Made by a program: the position numbers and the translations under genes. Of a DNA stretch of 64,000 nt, positions 19,601 through 28,200 are shown piece by piece. The stretch comes from an uncultured Alphaproteobacteria bacterium (GTDB lineage: Bacteria > Pseudomonadota > Alphaproteobacteria > RF32 > CAG-239), in the NCBI GenBank assembly GCA_944392295.1, contig CALXWE010000004.1:45819-109818 (forward strand), read 5' to 3'. How positions within the stretch are numbered: position 1 is the first letter of the stretch; every line of letters starts with the position of its first letter. The notes below the pieces were generated by a model that was not told where the DNA came from, did no database searches, and saw nothing but the letters and a program-made list of their open reading frames with translations.

Positions 19601-22600
19601 AATAACTGTTTTTTAATTCAGGCTCGCGAATACTTTCTATCTCGGGAATAAAGTTTTCCAAAAATTGATGTTGTAAAACATAATCGTCGGCAAATCCGTT
19701 GACTTCAACCAATTTTTGATAGGCCTTAATTTTACCTATTAAATCGACATTGAATGCCGGGTTGTCTTGGATTAGCATATTTTTGAGTTGGTTGTCGCCA
19801 ATGTAGTCTAGTGTTTTGGCTATCTCAACCGAGGCAGCAAGAGCTTTTTGCGGGTTGTTTTCTTTTTTAATTTGTTTGATTATGTAGCTCAAACTTTCCG
19901 TATCATCAATAAGACCTTGCTCGCGAAGGCTGCGGTAGACCTTAACCATGCCCAAAATGTCGGCAGGATAATTTTCTCTTTTGATTAAAAACGGTTTGAG
20001 CTTGGCTCTTTGCAAATCCAGCAATTCATAAAGCGGATACTTTGATAATATCTCAAGCGGAAACAGATGCTTGTCATCGGTGATGATGTATAGCAGCATA
20101 CCGGTTCGGATATTGGCTGCCAAATCATCGGAAGATTGTAAAAGTTTTTCATCTTTAAAGTCGGCAAAATCAACCGGAAAATCTAGAGCCTTTCGAATGT
20201 GTTCGTAAAAGACCGGTTGATATTTTTGGAAATTAATATTCTCTAATGTTAAGTGTTTGTCTGCAGCCATTTCGTTAAGAGCAAAAACGGCAAGACGTTT
20301 TAATTCGGGAATGACAATGTTGTTTTTGCTTAACAGACCTAAATCGAGAAGTTTCTTAACGCCTACTTTTTCAAACAAGGTGTTGTAATATTTAATAAAT
20401 TGGGCTTCGCTGAAAAATTGTACGCTGCGTGGGGATTTAAGCGCATCTTTACAAAATTGCATAAATTCATATTCGATAGGTTGCAATGTGTTAAGCGACC
20501 AACCGTATTCTGCATGTTCAACGTCGTTGCAAACGTGGCTTAAGTAAGCTTCAAAAATTATGTTGTCGTTTTCAAGACTATACTTCGAATTAACAAATGC
20601 TAAAATCTCGGGACCGAGCAGTTTGTTAAATCGCAGCTCGTTAAATTTGCTGTAACCTTCGTAAATTTCCGAGGAAGTTTTGAGCATGTAAAAACTATCT
20701 TCTATAAAATTTTCAACAGGCTGTTTTTGCGGATAGGCAACGCTGGTATTATCTTTGAGTAAGGCATTGGCATAATCAAGGGATGATACTGCTTCTGACT
20801 TTGCTACATATTTGTATGGACCGGTGAGACCTTTAAGATGTAAGAGGTCTTTACTGCTTAAGTTTTTAATTTTTTGCGGATTTTGCGAAGCCGTACGAAT
20901 TATATCGTAGTACTGCTTAATCTCCTTGGCAAGCTGCCGATAAATGGTATCTTCCCTGGTTTGCAGTAAATCTTCAAGTTTGGCTTTATATTCTTTTGGT
21001 GAAAACGAATCGAGGATTTTGCCTTGATTGTCGCAAATATAAAACCAGCTCTTATCGGTAACATCAGCTGAAAATGGGGCTTCGCGGTAATTGCCGCGAT
21101 AGTGTATTATATAGCACCCTTTATATATTTCTTTGGCGGTTAATCCTAGGATTTTTTCATATACGGAAGATCGCAAAGCAATTAAGGGTATGGTCTTACC
21201 TTTATCAGAACCGTTTTGTTCCAGAGGTAATTTAGGAAATCTGTCCAGCTTAAATTTTTTAAACAGATAGCTATCGCTTTTAGGGTAAAATTTTAAATCT
21301 TGCGGTAAAAATGTAGTCGGGTTGTCGGAGCTGAAACAATCTCGGATATTGGAAAATTTTGACCATACACGACGCTGATATGCAGGGTCTTCTTGGTTGT
21401 GAAATACTTTTTCAAATTCTTCCAAAATGTTTCTTCCGGTAGGAAGTTTGCTGATATCAATATCTTCTATGCCGCTTAAAATACATCCGTTATAAATGCT
21501 TAAATAATCGCCGTCGGGAAGCTGGGTTTCTAAATCAAGCAATTTATCCCAGAACAAAACGTTGGGAAAAGTTCCCTCAGCAATGGCCCGCTTTTGATAC
21601 TCTTCAAGCAGATTGTTAAATCGGGAAACAGTTTCAAATGCATCATCAGGTACAATTTTTTGCGGAAAACTTTCTAAAATTGAAATACGATGCTCAAGAG
21701 ATTCCGGCAAAGGCGTATGAAAAATTTCTTGCCAACGTTTTTGACGCAACTCTTCGTGAGCCGGATTATAACTTTTAAATAATTCATAGTCGCTTTGAGA
21801 GACAATTTTACGTGCCATATTGCGTCTTAAGTCGGCGACATAACTTAAAATAACATCTTCAATTTGTACGGCTTGATTATGAGTTAATTCCTTTGAAGGC
21901 GGAATAAATTCTTTTAGAGCAGAAATTAATATATCTTGCTTTTCGATTAAACTAAAGGAATCGTACTTTTTACTTTCTAAAAGTTTACGCAGGCTTGATT
22001 TATAGTAACTTTTGTTTACCGAAGTTTTAAATTTAACCGGAATTTCGGTCGGCTCAAAAGCCGTAATGTCAATATCTTGTTTGTAATAGAAACTTTGTAA
22101 AGATTGAATCTTTAACTGTAAAGCATTAAGCATACTTTCATTATTAGGGTATTGTTTGAAAGCTTTTAAGATTTTTGCAGATAAAGAGTGATATTTTTGT
22201 GAGTTAAGAAAAATATGGGTTATTAAACTTTCGGCCTGGGCAATGTTATATTTGGCCTGAGCTAACATTTTAAGGGCGTTAAAGTCAGAAGAATCTCCTG
22301 CGCTGTAATCGGTGTTTTTGAAATAAGCAGGAATAAGTTTTAGCTCATAACTCATAATGAAGGCTAATTGGTCTTCATTTTGTACAATATTGATTAGACC
22401 TTTGGTTACGGTTAGGACAGGAATAAGGTTTTGCTTGCCGGCTTGATTTTTAATTTGCGGAACAACAAAGGAAATATTAGGTTCACTATCGTCGGTGATG
22501 CAGAAAAATACGGGATTTTGATCAAGATCAAATGAGGTGCCGAAAAGTCGGCGGGCTATACCCTCAAGATAAGAGCATCTTTCTTGTTCTTCTTGCAAAG

Positions 22601-22670
22601 TACCATCAATGATTTTAATCTGGTCATACAAATCAGAAGGTAAATTTCTTTTAATCTGTAAAACATCCAT
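16692..22670 (-). CDS. Giant orphan protein (1992 aa), mostly helical, with a degenerate ABC1/UbiB-like kinase-like module
   Basis: Uninterrupted 5.98-kb ORF with no signal peptide or TM segment evident. Residues ~1305-1600 (nt 17871-18758) loosely follow the ABC1 pattern (details in findings). Confidence 0.8.
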   Translation of the reverse strand: MDVLQIKRNLPSDLYDQIKIIDGTLQEEQERCSYLEGIARRLFGTSFDLDQNPVFFCITDDSEPNISFVVPQIKNQAGKQNLIPVLTVTKGLINIVQNEDQLAFIMSYELKLIPAYFKNTDYSAGDSSDFNALKMLAQAKYNIAQAESLITHIFLNSQKYHSLSAKILKAFKQYPNNESMLNALQLKIQSLQSFYYKQDIDITAFEPTEIPVKFKTSVNKSYYKSSLRKLLESKKYDSFSLIEKQDILISALKEFIPPSKELTHNQAVQIEDVILSYVADLRRNMARKIVSQSDYELFKSYNPAHEELRQKRWQEIFHTPLPESLEHRISILESFPQKIVPDDAFETVSRFNNLLEEYQKRAIAEGTFPNVLFWDKLLDLETQLPDGDYLSIYNGCILSGIEDIDISKLPTGRNILEEFEKVFHNQEDPAYQRRVWSKFSNIRDCFSSDNPTTFLPQDLKFYPKSDSYLFKKFKLDRFPKLPLEQNGSDKGKTIPLIALRSSVYEKILGLTAKEIYKGCYIIHYRGNYREAPFSADVTDKSWFYICDNQGKILDSFSPKEYKAKLEDLLQTREDTIYRQLAKEIKQYYDIIRTASQNPQKIKNLSSKDLLHLKGLTGPYKYVAKSEAVSSLDYANALLKDNTSVAYPQKQPVENFIEDSFYMLKTSSEIYEGYSKFNELRFNKLLGPEILAFVNSKYSLENDNIIFEAYLSHVCNDVEHAEYGWSLNTLQPIEYEFMQFCKDALKSPRSVQFFSEAQFIKYYNTLFEKVGVKKLLDLGLLSKNNIVIPELKRLAVFALNEMAADKHLTLENINFQKYQPVFYEHIRKALDFPVDFADFKDEKLLQSSDDLAANIRTGMLLYIITDDKHLFPLEILSKYPLYELLDLQRAKLKPFLIKRENYPADILGMVKVYRSLREQGLIDDTESLSYIIKQIKKENNPQKALAASVEIAKTLDYIGDNQLKNMLIQDNPAFNVDLIGKIKAYQKLVEVNGFADDYVLQHQFLENFIPEIESIREPELKNSYYDIFINKQHRILDPDLRRRYQQLWVQSVFSSCGSQIDDKSESLYNKVKVYAQKLHGYSYEQNMFGIDIDENVNQADRLELSHLLAERFVAQKKLAFLLKPYPASFMEISEEDDGCRLQIAGFATIKSLISLSRTEADNLIDFLLTFGSNKDCEAYSQHLNSALQESQRSRKERISPQTLDMLYHEFWGYPIEARAVILGEVIQASNLGISANDWEHIFNCICKHLLPAVDDVKKQIVCKILHSYIKAHKNSERTLYLAAAMSAALETPATIDANKNLAECTRIFLENAGPVATRIAQSATVCLALPKYIRKELQKIKFKEQHPARWELFEWLDFYNTQDDDNKLDYSSNIWLGRSLSSNPYFITLEKGALEKNKSPFESDKVVKIVYAATKTSAEKEFKAFEDTLYDLFHDNLLSENINSLLQIITQTRHDVIIETDLSVGYEQLKAAQKTYNHREFEIDGYKIKLRVANWTAYGKTWAEMERSYGNTLDTIKNLRYRQVVNKIYNSLKLSKLISGGNVSNTEFGRQIRLNPETNTICIFDSGARATVYASAQDKKLLGKFLYQTFEKMVSSNFEGNLFRQFSVTLGNKIEDAYRLKQTTSSYLSDCLKTLLSVIDFYKDFQIIDLVDCINNALADGNTSIDESIITGFVDEGIKQLGLFYSEQNLLSYSDREFLGSMLFNMYADSFKYLPAKIGSVIKKEIIKVQQASEVKIPLLKIMADRIQELDKNSLSPDIPKEFMPTIGELIKRQNVDTAILKGIMKEVIYTINRQENNHPFSPEDRYEFGRLLYDTFNFTVAEKGEGETPDMITTYMMLYKSGNYKSQYAAKIAAIIKIAQSINNSKTNEDLAGYNAVRAILLSGKNDKEVIRGMSDTFKSRNPNSLTRSVAGKGLEVFLAQENTNPTALKKALIKLFVKGKETQNISSTDNYDEIHNSYNQKYMVSMIQNYITKLIRMYRQKKLENNNSITQ

Positions 22671-22887
22671 ATCTCTATTCCTGAACCTATAATACGTTTA
22701 ATACTTATTGTTACATTCTAATACAAATTTGGTTTACAAATTATTACGATATTGTGAATTTTTTGCTTGAAGAATCGGAATTAGTAGTATAAATTTTAGC
22801 AGAATTGAAAGTTTTTTAATTTGGTTGCACATTTTTGTGTGCAGCTTGTGTTTAACTGAAATAGCTGCGAAAGGAGCTTAAATAACC

Positions 22888-25587
22888 ATGAGTAAATGGG
22901 TTTATACATTTGGAAACGGCAAAGCCGAAGGCGATGCCAGCATGCGTAATCTCCTCGGCGGTAAAGGTGCTAACCTTGCTGAAATGAACAAGGTTGGTTT
23001 GCCTGTTCCTCCGGGATTTACCGTAACAACTGAAGTTTGTACTTATTACTATGATAACAACAATACTTATCCGGCAGATTTGAAAGATCAGGTAAGAGAA
23101 GCCGTTGCCGGTGTTGAAAAAATTATGGGCAAAAAGTTTGCTGATGCCAATAATCCGTTGTTGTTCTCAGTTCGTTCCGGTGCAAGAGTTTCAATGCCTG
23201 GTATGATGGATACCGTTTTGAACTTGGGCTTAAACGATGAAACAGTTAAAGCTTTGGCTAAAGCTTCCGGCAGTGAAAGATTTGCTTACGACTCTTATCG
23301 CCGTTTCTTGCAAATGTTCTCCGACGTAGTTTTGGGTGCCGATTTGGATTTGTATGAAGAAGCTTTGGATAATATGAAAAAATCTAAAGGTTACAAGTCG
23401 GATACCGATTTAACTGCCGAAGATTTGAAAGAACTCGTTAAAGAATATAAAGAAATCGGTGCTAAATTAGGTAAAATCGTTCCGCAAGATCCTTGGGAAC
23501 AATTATGGGCAGGTATCGGTGCCGTATTTGGTTCTTGGATGTCGGCTCGTGCCATTACTTACCGTAAATTAAACAATATCCCCGGCGATTGGGGAACAGC
23601 CGTTAACGTTCAAACCATGGTATTTGGTAATGCCGGTGATGATTGTGCTACGGGTGTTTGCTTCTCTCGTGACCCTGCAACCGGTGAAAACGTATATTAC
23701 GGCGAATATTTAGTTAACGCTCAAGGTGAAGACGTTGTTGCCGGTATTCGTACTCCGCAACCGATGGGCAGTATCGGTGATGGCACTTCTTTGGAAGAAA
23801 AATGGCCTAACTTGTATAAAGAATTGGTTGATGCCAGAAATAATCTGGAAAATCACTACAAAGATATGCAGGATATGGAATTTACCATTGAACATGGTAA
23901 ACTTTGGATGTTGCAATGCCGTAACGGTAAAAGAACAGCTGCTGCTGCCGTTCGTATGGCCGTTGAAATGGTTGAAGAAGGTTTGCTCACCCCTGAGGAA
24001 GCTATTATGCGTGTAGGTGCTGACCAATTAGACCAATTGTTGCACCCGATGCTTGATCCTAAAGCTAAGAAAAATGTTATTGCTACCGGTTTGCCGGCTT
24101 CTCCTGGTGCTGCCGTTGGTCGTGCCGTATTTAACGCTGAAGATGCTGAAGCTTGGGCAGAAAAAGGTGAAAAAGTTATCTTGATCCGTAACGAAACCTC
24201 TCCGGAAGATATTGGCGGTATGCACGCTTCTCAAGGTGTTATTACTGCTCGCGGCGGTATGACTTCTCACGCAGCCGTTGTTGCTCGTGGTATGGGTACT
24301 CCTTGCGTTTCCGGTTCTAAAGATATTACAATCGATTATAAAACCAAAACTATGACCACTAAGTCTGGTGTTGTTGTTAAAGAAGGCGACTGGGTATCTT
24401 TGGATGGTGCTAAAGGTCAAATCATTGAAGGTCAAATTCCGACCGTTAAGGCTGATACCAATACCGGTAACTTCGGTAAATTGATGACTTGGGTTGATCA
24501 AATTCGTACTATGAAAGTTCGTGCTAACGCTGAAACTCCTAAAGATGCTCAACAAGCTCTTGATTTTGGTGCAGAAGGTATCGGTTTGGCTCGTACCGAA
24601 CATATGTTCTTCGATGCCGGTCGTATTGCTGATATGCGCGCTATGATTTTGGCTGATAACGAAGCTGGTCGTCGTGAGGCTTTGGCTCGTTTGCTGCCTT
24701 ATCAAAAACAAGACTTCAAAGACTTGTTCAAAATTATGAACGGTTTGCCGGTTACTATTCGTTTGTTGGATCCTCCGTTGCATGAATTCTTGCCTCATAC
24801 CGATCCGGAAATGAAGGAATTGGCCGATAAATTAGGTAAAACTTTGGAAGAAGTTAAAGTAAGAGCTAACGCTTTGCACGAATTGAACCCGATGTTGGGT
24901 CATCGTGGTTGCCGTTTGCCGATTACTTATCCTGAAATCGGTGAAATGCAAACTCGCGCTATCTTAGAAGCTGCTTTGGAATGCGAAGCTGAAGGAATTA
25001 AAGTTATTCCTGAAATCGAAGTTCCGTTAACAGGTTCTAAGAAAGAGTTGGATATTGTTAAAAACATTATCGATACAACTGCTGAAAAAGTATTTGCTGA
25101 AAAAGGTAAGAAGATTGATTACATCGTAGGTACCATGATTGAGTTGCCTCGTGCCGCTTTGATGGCTGAAGAAATTGCTGAATCTGCTGCATTCTTCGGT
25201 TTTGGTACAAACGACTTAACTCAAACCACTTTGGGTATGAGCCGTGATGATACCGGTGCCATTTTGGATGAATACCGCGCTAAAGGTGTTTATGTAGCTG
25301 ATCCGTTTGCTTCGATCGATGTTGACGGTGTTGGTAAATTGGTTCGTCGTGCCGCTGTTGAAGGCCGCGCTACCAATCCGGATTTACACTTAGGTGTTTG
25401 CGGTGAGCACGGTGGTGATCCTAAATCTATCGAATTCTTTGATGAAGTAGGTTTGGATTATGTTTCTTGCTCTCCGTTCCGTGTACCGGTTGCTCGTTTG
25501 GCTGCAGCTCAAGCTGCTGTTAAACACAAAGGCAAAAAGAAAGATGTCGATGGTGCATCTCACGGTTGCTGCAAAAAATGCGCTTAA
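22888..25587 (+). CDS. ppdK: Pyruvate, phosphate dikinase
   Basis: 899 aa. GGKGANLAEM, phosphohistidine loop GGMTSHAAVVARGMG, GLARTEHMF, and CGEHGGDP in the PEP-utilising C-terminal domain. Extra Lys/Cys-rich 21-aa tail. Confidence 0.97.
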   Translation: MSKWVYTFGNGKAEGDASMRNLLGGKGANLAEMNKVGLPVPPGFTVTTEVCTYYYDNNNTYPADLKDQVREAVAGVEKIMGKKFADANNPLLFSVRSGARVSMPGMMDTVLNLGLNDETVKALAKASGSERFAYDSYRRFLQMFSDVVLGADLDLYEEALDNMKKSKGYKSDTDLTAEDLKELVKEYKEIGAKLGKIVPQDPWEQLWAGIGAVFGSWMSARAITYRKLNNIPGDWGTAVNVQTMVFGNAGDDCATGVCFSRDPATGENVYYGEYLVNAQGEDVVAGIRTPQPMGSIGDGTSLEEKWPNLYKELVDARNNLENHYKDMQDMEFTIEHGKLWMLQCRNGKRTAAAAVRMAVEMVEEGLLTPEEAIMRVGADQLDQLLHPMLDPKAKKNVIATGLPASPGAAVGRAVFNAEDAEAWAEKGEKVILIRNETSPEDIGGMHASQGVITARGGMTSHAAVVARGMGTPCVSGSKDITIDYKTKTMTTKSGVVVKEGDWVSLDGAKGQIIEGQIPTVKADTNTGNFGKLMTWVDQIRTMKVRANAETPKDAQQALDFGAEGIGLARTEHMFFDAGRIADMRAMILADNEAGRREALARLLPYQKQDFKDLFKIMNGLPVTIRLLDPPLHEFLPHTDPEMKELADKLGKTLEEVKVRANALHELNPMLGHRGCRLPITYPEIGEMQTRAILEAALECEAEGIKVIPEIEVPLTGSKKELDIVKNIIDTTAEKVFAEKGKKIDYIVGTMIELPRAALMAEEIAESAAFFGFGTNDLTQTTLGMSRDDTGAILDEYRAKGVYVADPFASIDVDGVGKLVRRAAVEGRATNPDLHLGVCGEHGGDPKSIEFFDEVGLDYVSCSPFRVPVARLAAAQAAVKHKGKKKDVDGASHGCCKKCA

Positions 25588-25631
25588 TTTAGAAGTGTTT
25601 AGATAATACTTATAAATTGGAAGCAAATTGC

Positions 25632-25664
25632 AAAGAGCGTCTGATATTTATCAGGCGCTCTTTA
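25632..25664 (+). terminator. Rho-independent terminator after ppdK
   Basis: AGAGCGTCTGAT (25634-25645) / ATCAGGCGCTCT (25650-25661) with one G-U pair, then TTT. Confidence 0.75.
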
Positions 25665-25774
25665 ATGATTTAAATTTGATGAAACTTTTGGGTAATAATA
25701 CGGTGTTAAATTTCTGGAAATGATGACTTTAACGTTTATTTAAGTGCTTTTACCGATTAGGATTATGTGTTAAT

Positions 25775-26443
25775 TTACTTAAATACATAATATACAACAC
25801 ATATGTTACCCTTTAAGCATTGATTACATAAATTCCAGATAGTGCTAATATCTGCTGAATAAATACAATAGTCCTGGTTACTACACGTTTTACCATAGAG
25901 CCACTGCTGTTGATTTTCGTCGTTACTATCGGTACCGTTAAATCCGATTGCTTGTAATTCATAGGCAAAGCCTTTTGCTAAGTTAAAGCGATTAATACAA
26001 GAATCTATATCGCTGTTATAAAAACGGATGAATGTTTGCTTACTTGTATTGTCTCTGTATATAAGTATTTGATTATTGAAACTATCATAAATATAATCAG
26101 TATTATCTTTAATCATTTCTTGGGGGATTATGTTAAGCTTTTTATAATATGGAAGCATATATGTTACTTGTTCAGATGAATTTGTTTCGTATAATATGTT
26201 TTTGTATTCAATCATTCCGCTTAAAAGCTGGCTAAGTTGTTCGGTCTGTTTGTTAAGTTTATATTTCATCATTGCTTTAGAGTAACCGGCGATGGCGCCG
26301 ACGGACAAAACTCCGATAATTGCCAGCACGCCCAGCATTTCGACCATACTTCTTCCGGCGGAAAGTTTGTATAAGGGCTCATCTAAAGCCGTTTTATGGG
26401 AGCTTATTTTTACGAATTGGCATAAAAATTTATAAAATTTCAT
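25775..26443 (-). CDS. Type IV pilin-like protein, variable family paralog C, 30-aa leader
   Basis: MKFYKFLCQFVKISSHKTALDEPLYKLSAG|RSMVEMLGVLAIIGVLSVGAIAGYSKAMMKYKLNKQTEQ. C-terminal CSNQDYC...CNQCLKGNICVVYY. Confidence 0.75.
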   Translation of the reverse strand: MKFYKFLCQFVKISSHKTALDEPLYKLSAGRSMVEMLGVLAIIGVLSVGAIAGYSKAMMKYKLNKQTEQLSQLLSGMIEYKNILYETNSSEQVTYMLPYYKKLNIIPQEMIKDNTDYIYDSFNNQILIYRDNTSKQTFIRFYNSDIDSCINRFNLAKGFAYELQAIGFNGTDSNDENQQQWLYGKTCSNQDYCIYSADISTIWNLCNQCLKGNICVVYYVFK

Positions 26444-26520
26444 CTAAAACCTCCGAGTTTTGTTCAATAAAGGACTTTAAACGAAATCATAAACCGTTTT
26501 TTTTTTTTGCAATTTTAAAG
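26444..26520 (-). promoter_or_regulatory. Conserved pilin-family upstream cassette (copy 3)
   Basis: Same cassette. Homopolymer 26497-26508 (12 nt). Confidence 0.6.
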
Positions 26521-26653
26521 TTAATGCGTTTGATAAAATCAGCTGGTATGTTATGTTTATTTTTTGTTAAATCTTATTGGTTACACTTTGTTTTATTGAC
26601 TTTTGTCGCTCTTTATTTTATAATGTGACAAAAGAAGACAAAAAAGGTGCGCC

Positions 26654-28144
26654 ATGAAAAAGGCTGAGTTGGTAAATTTTTTAGAGGCGGAATATGCCGC
26701 TGCACATCGTTCTCCAAAAACTATAAAGCTGTTGGGGCATTCTTATGTTATCCCTTGCGTGTATTTGACCGAATATCAAGATCCAGAAAAATCTTTTATG
26801 AATGATTTTTTTGAGTTAATGCGTAAAGATTATCTGCATTATAAACGTTGTAATGAAGAACCTCAGTATGTTTGTTTGGCGCTCGGTGATAAAAGTATAA
26901 GACTGGTGGTGCCTTATGCCTTACGCTATAAAAATCATACCCCAAATGAAATTGCCGATAAAATCTTAAAAAGAGCCAGTGATAAATATTGGCGGGCGGT
27001 TAGATTATCATCGGAGATGGCCGAAATTTATCCTGACAGACCGTTCAAAACATTTATTAATTTGGCTAACTTAAAAGAAATGCGTAACGCCTTAAGATTG
27101 CACCGTCTCAAAGAAGCTCGCGATAGAACTGCCTATATTACGAAAAAGGTTGGCACGTTCTTGGCTAAAAATGCTCGTAAAGTTACGAATAATATTAAAC
27201 ATATGGATGTTGACCGCCTTAAGGCCAAAGCTAAAACCTGGGCGGTGGTAGCGGTGCTTGGAGCAACCATTAATGCCGCTGTTTATACTGCTTTCCAAAT
27301 TAAAGATAAATCAGAACAAAAAAAAGAAGTACAAGCTAAAGACCCTTTGGGGCATATCAGAATGTTTTCACGTTGTCATGATGCCATTAAGGTTAGTTTG
27401 GCTTTTGCCGAAAATTTTGCTCCTAAAGCTTTTAAAGACGGTGTAGGTGTACCGACTATCGGTTACGATTGTACTTATTATTTGGATGAAAACGGTAAGG
27501 GAAGCCGTGCAACGTCGCCGGTGAAAATAGGAGATAATATTACTAAAGAAGAAGCCAATGTTCAAAAAGAGCGCTACTTACAGTTTGAAATCTTAAATCA
27601 AATTCAAGAAAATGTTAAAGTCCCGTTAGATGAAGCAACAATGATTGCTACATGTAATTTTGCTTATGTGTTGGGCTCAACGAACTTTAGGAATTCAGAG
27701 TATCTAAAAGCCTTAAATGAGGGTAAAAAAGGTGAAGAGCTCGTTAAATATTTAACCGGATATCGTCAGCAAAAGGGCTTGCTACCAAGATTTTATTTTA
27801 TGGGTGCTTTGCTTAACGGTAAATTAAAAACTTCCGATTTTTTGAATTTAACGGCAGAAGGTTGTTATAATCTTAGTACCAAAGATGTGTGCGTCTATAA
27901 AGGAAATAGAATAAAACTTGATGGTGAAGGGTTTGCCGAGTTTGATTATGATAAGTTAGAGCAAAATCTTGTAAAATCTAACAGAGCACGACGCAGTAAA
28001 GCTTGCGGAAATAAAAAGTGTCCGCCGGTTAAAGATATTTTACCGCAATCGGTAATTGACGGTGTTTTACAAATGGAAAAATCATCAAATTATACGGGCT
28101 TATTGTCGGAAAGTTTGTTGAATCTAAATGCCAATTCGAGATAA
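26654..28144 (+). CDS. Membrane-anchored protein with C-terminal GH24 (phage-type) lysozyme-like domain
   Basis: TM segment WAVVAVLGATINAAVYTAFQI. Downstream, AENFAPKAFKDGVGVPTIGYDCT...GDNITKEEANVQKERYL...VPLDEATMIATCNFAYVLG...LLPRFYFMGALL aligns by eye with P22/lambda-type lysozymes (EGxxLKAYxDxxGxxTIGxGHT...). The putative Glu, Asp and Thr are retained. Confidence 0.55.
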   Translation: MKKAELVNFLEAEYAAAHRSPKTIKLLGHSYVIPCVYLTEYQDPEKSFMNDFFELMRKDYLHYKRCNEEPQYVCLALGDKSIRLVVPYALRYKNHTPNEIADKILKRASDKYWRAVRLSSEMAEIYPDRPFKTFINLANLKEMRNALRLHRLKEARDRTAYITKKVGTFLAKNARKVTNNIKHMDVDRLKAKAKTWAVVAVLGATINAAVYTAFQIKDKSEQKKEVQAKDPLGHIRMFSRCHDAIKVSLAFAENFAPKAFKDGVGVPTIGYDCTYYLDENGKGSRATSPVKIGDNITKEEANVQKERYLQFEILNQIQENVKVPLDEATMIATCNFAYVLGSTNFRNSEYLKALNEGKKGEELVKYLTGYRQQKGLLPRFYFMGALLNGKLKTSDFLNLTAEGCYNLSTKDVCVYKGNRIKLDGEGFAEFDYDKLEQNLVKSNRARRSKACGNKKCPPVKDILPQSVIDGVLQMEKSSNYTGLLSESLLNLNANSR

Positions 28145-28145
28145 T

Positions 28146-28178
28146 AAAAAAGCTCCTTAATTTTTAAGGAGCTTTTTT
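28146..28178. terminator. Bidirectional terminator between the GH24-like gene and ackA
   Basis: AGCTCCTTA (28151-28159) / TAAGGAGCT (28165-28173), flanked by A- and T-runs. Confidence 0.8.
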
Positions 28179-28200
28179 ATTGTTTAAAGTTGACTTGGAA

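Noticed and set aside
24028-24798. 256-aa minus-strand ORF, plus other long antisense ORFs (8558-9151, 34774-35280, 39036-39491, 43755-44462, 54195-54545).
   Set aside because: All lie fully inside well-supported genes on the opposite strand (ppdK, the low-complexity protein gene, lepA, murQ, the DUF2155 gene, the 233-aa ORF). Their translations are low-complexity and lack motifs or SD sequences.
25522-25587. Reading the PPDK tail ...HGCCKKCA as a eukaryotic CaaX prenylation box.
   Set aside because: The Cys residues are at -2, -5 and -6, not at -4, so it does not fit CaaX. It is kept only as a low-interest note on an unusual tail.
26320-26628. 102-aa plus-strand ORF across the pilin-C start and its promoter cassette.
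   Set aside because: It runs antisense through the conserved cassette and homopolymer, with low-complexity translation. Spurious.
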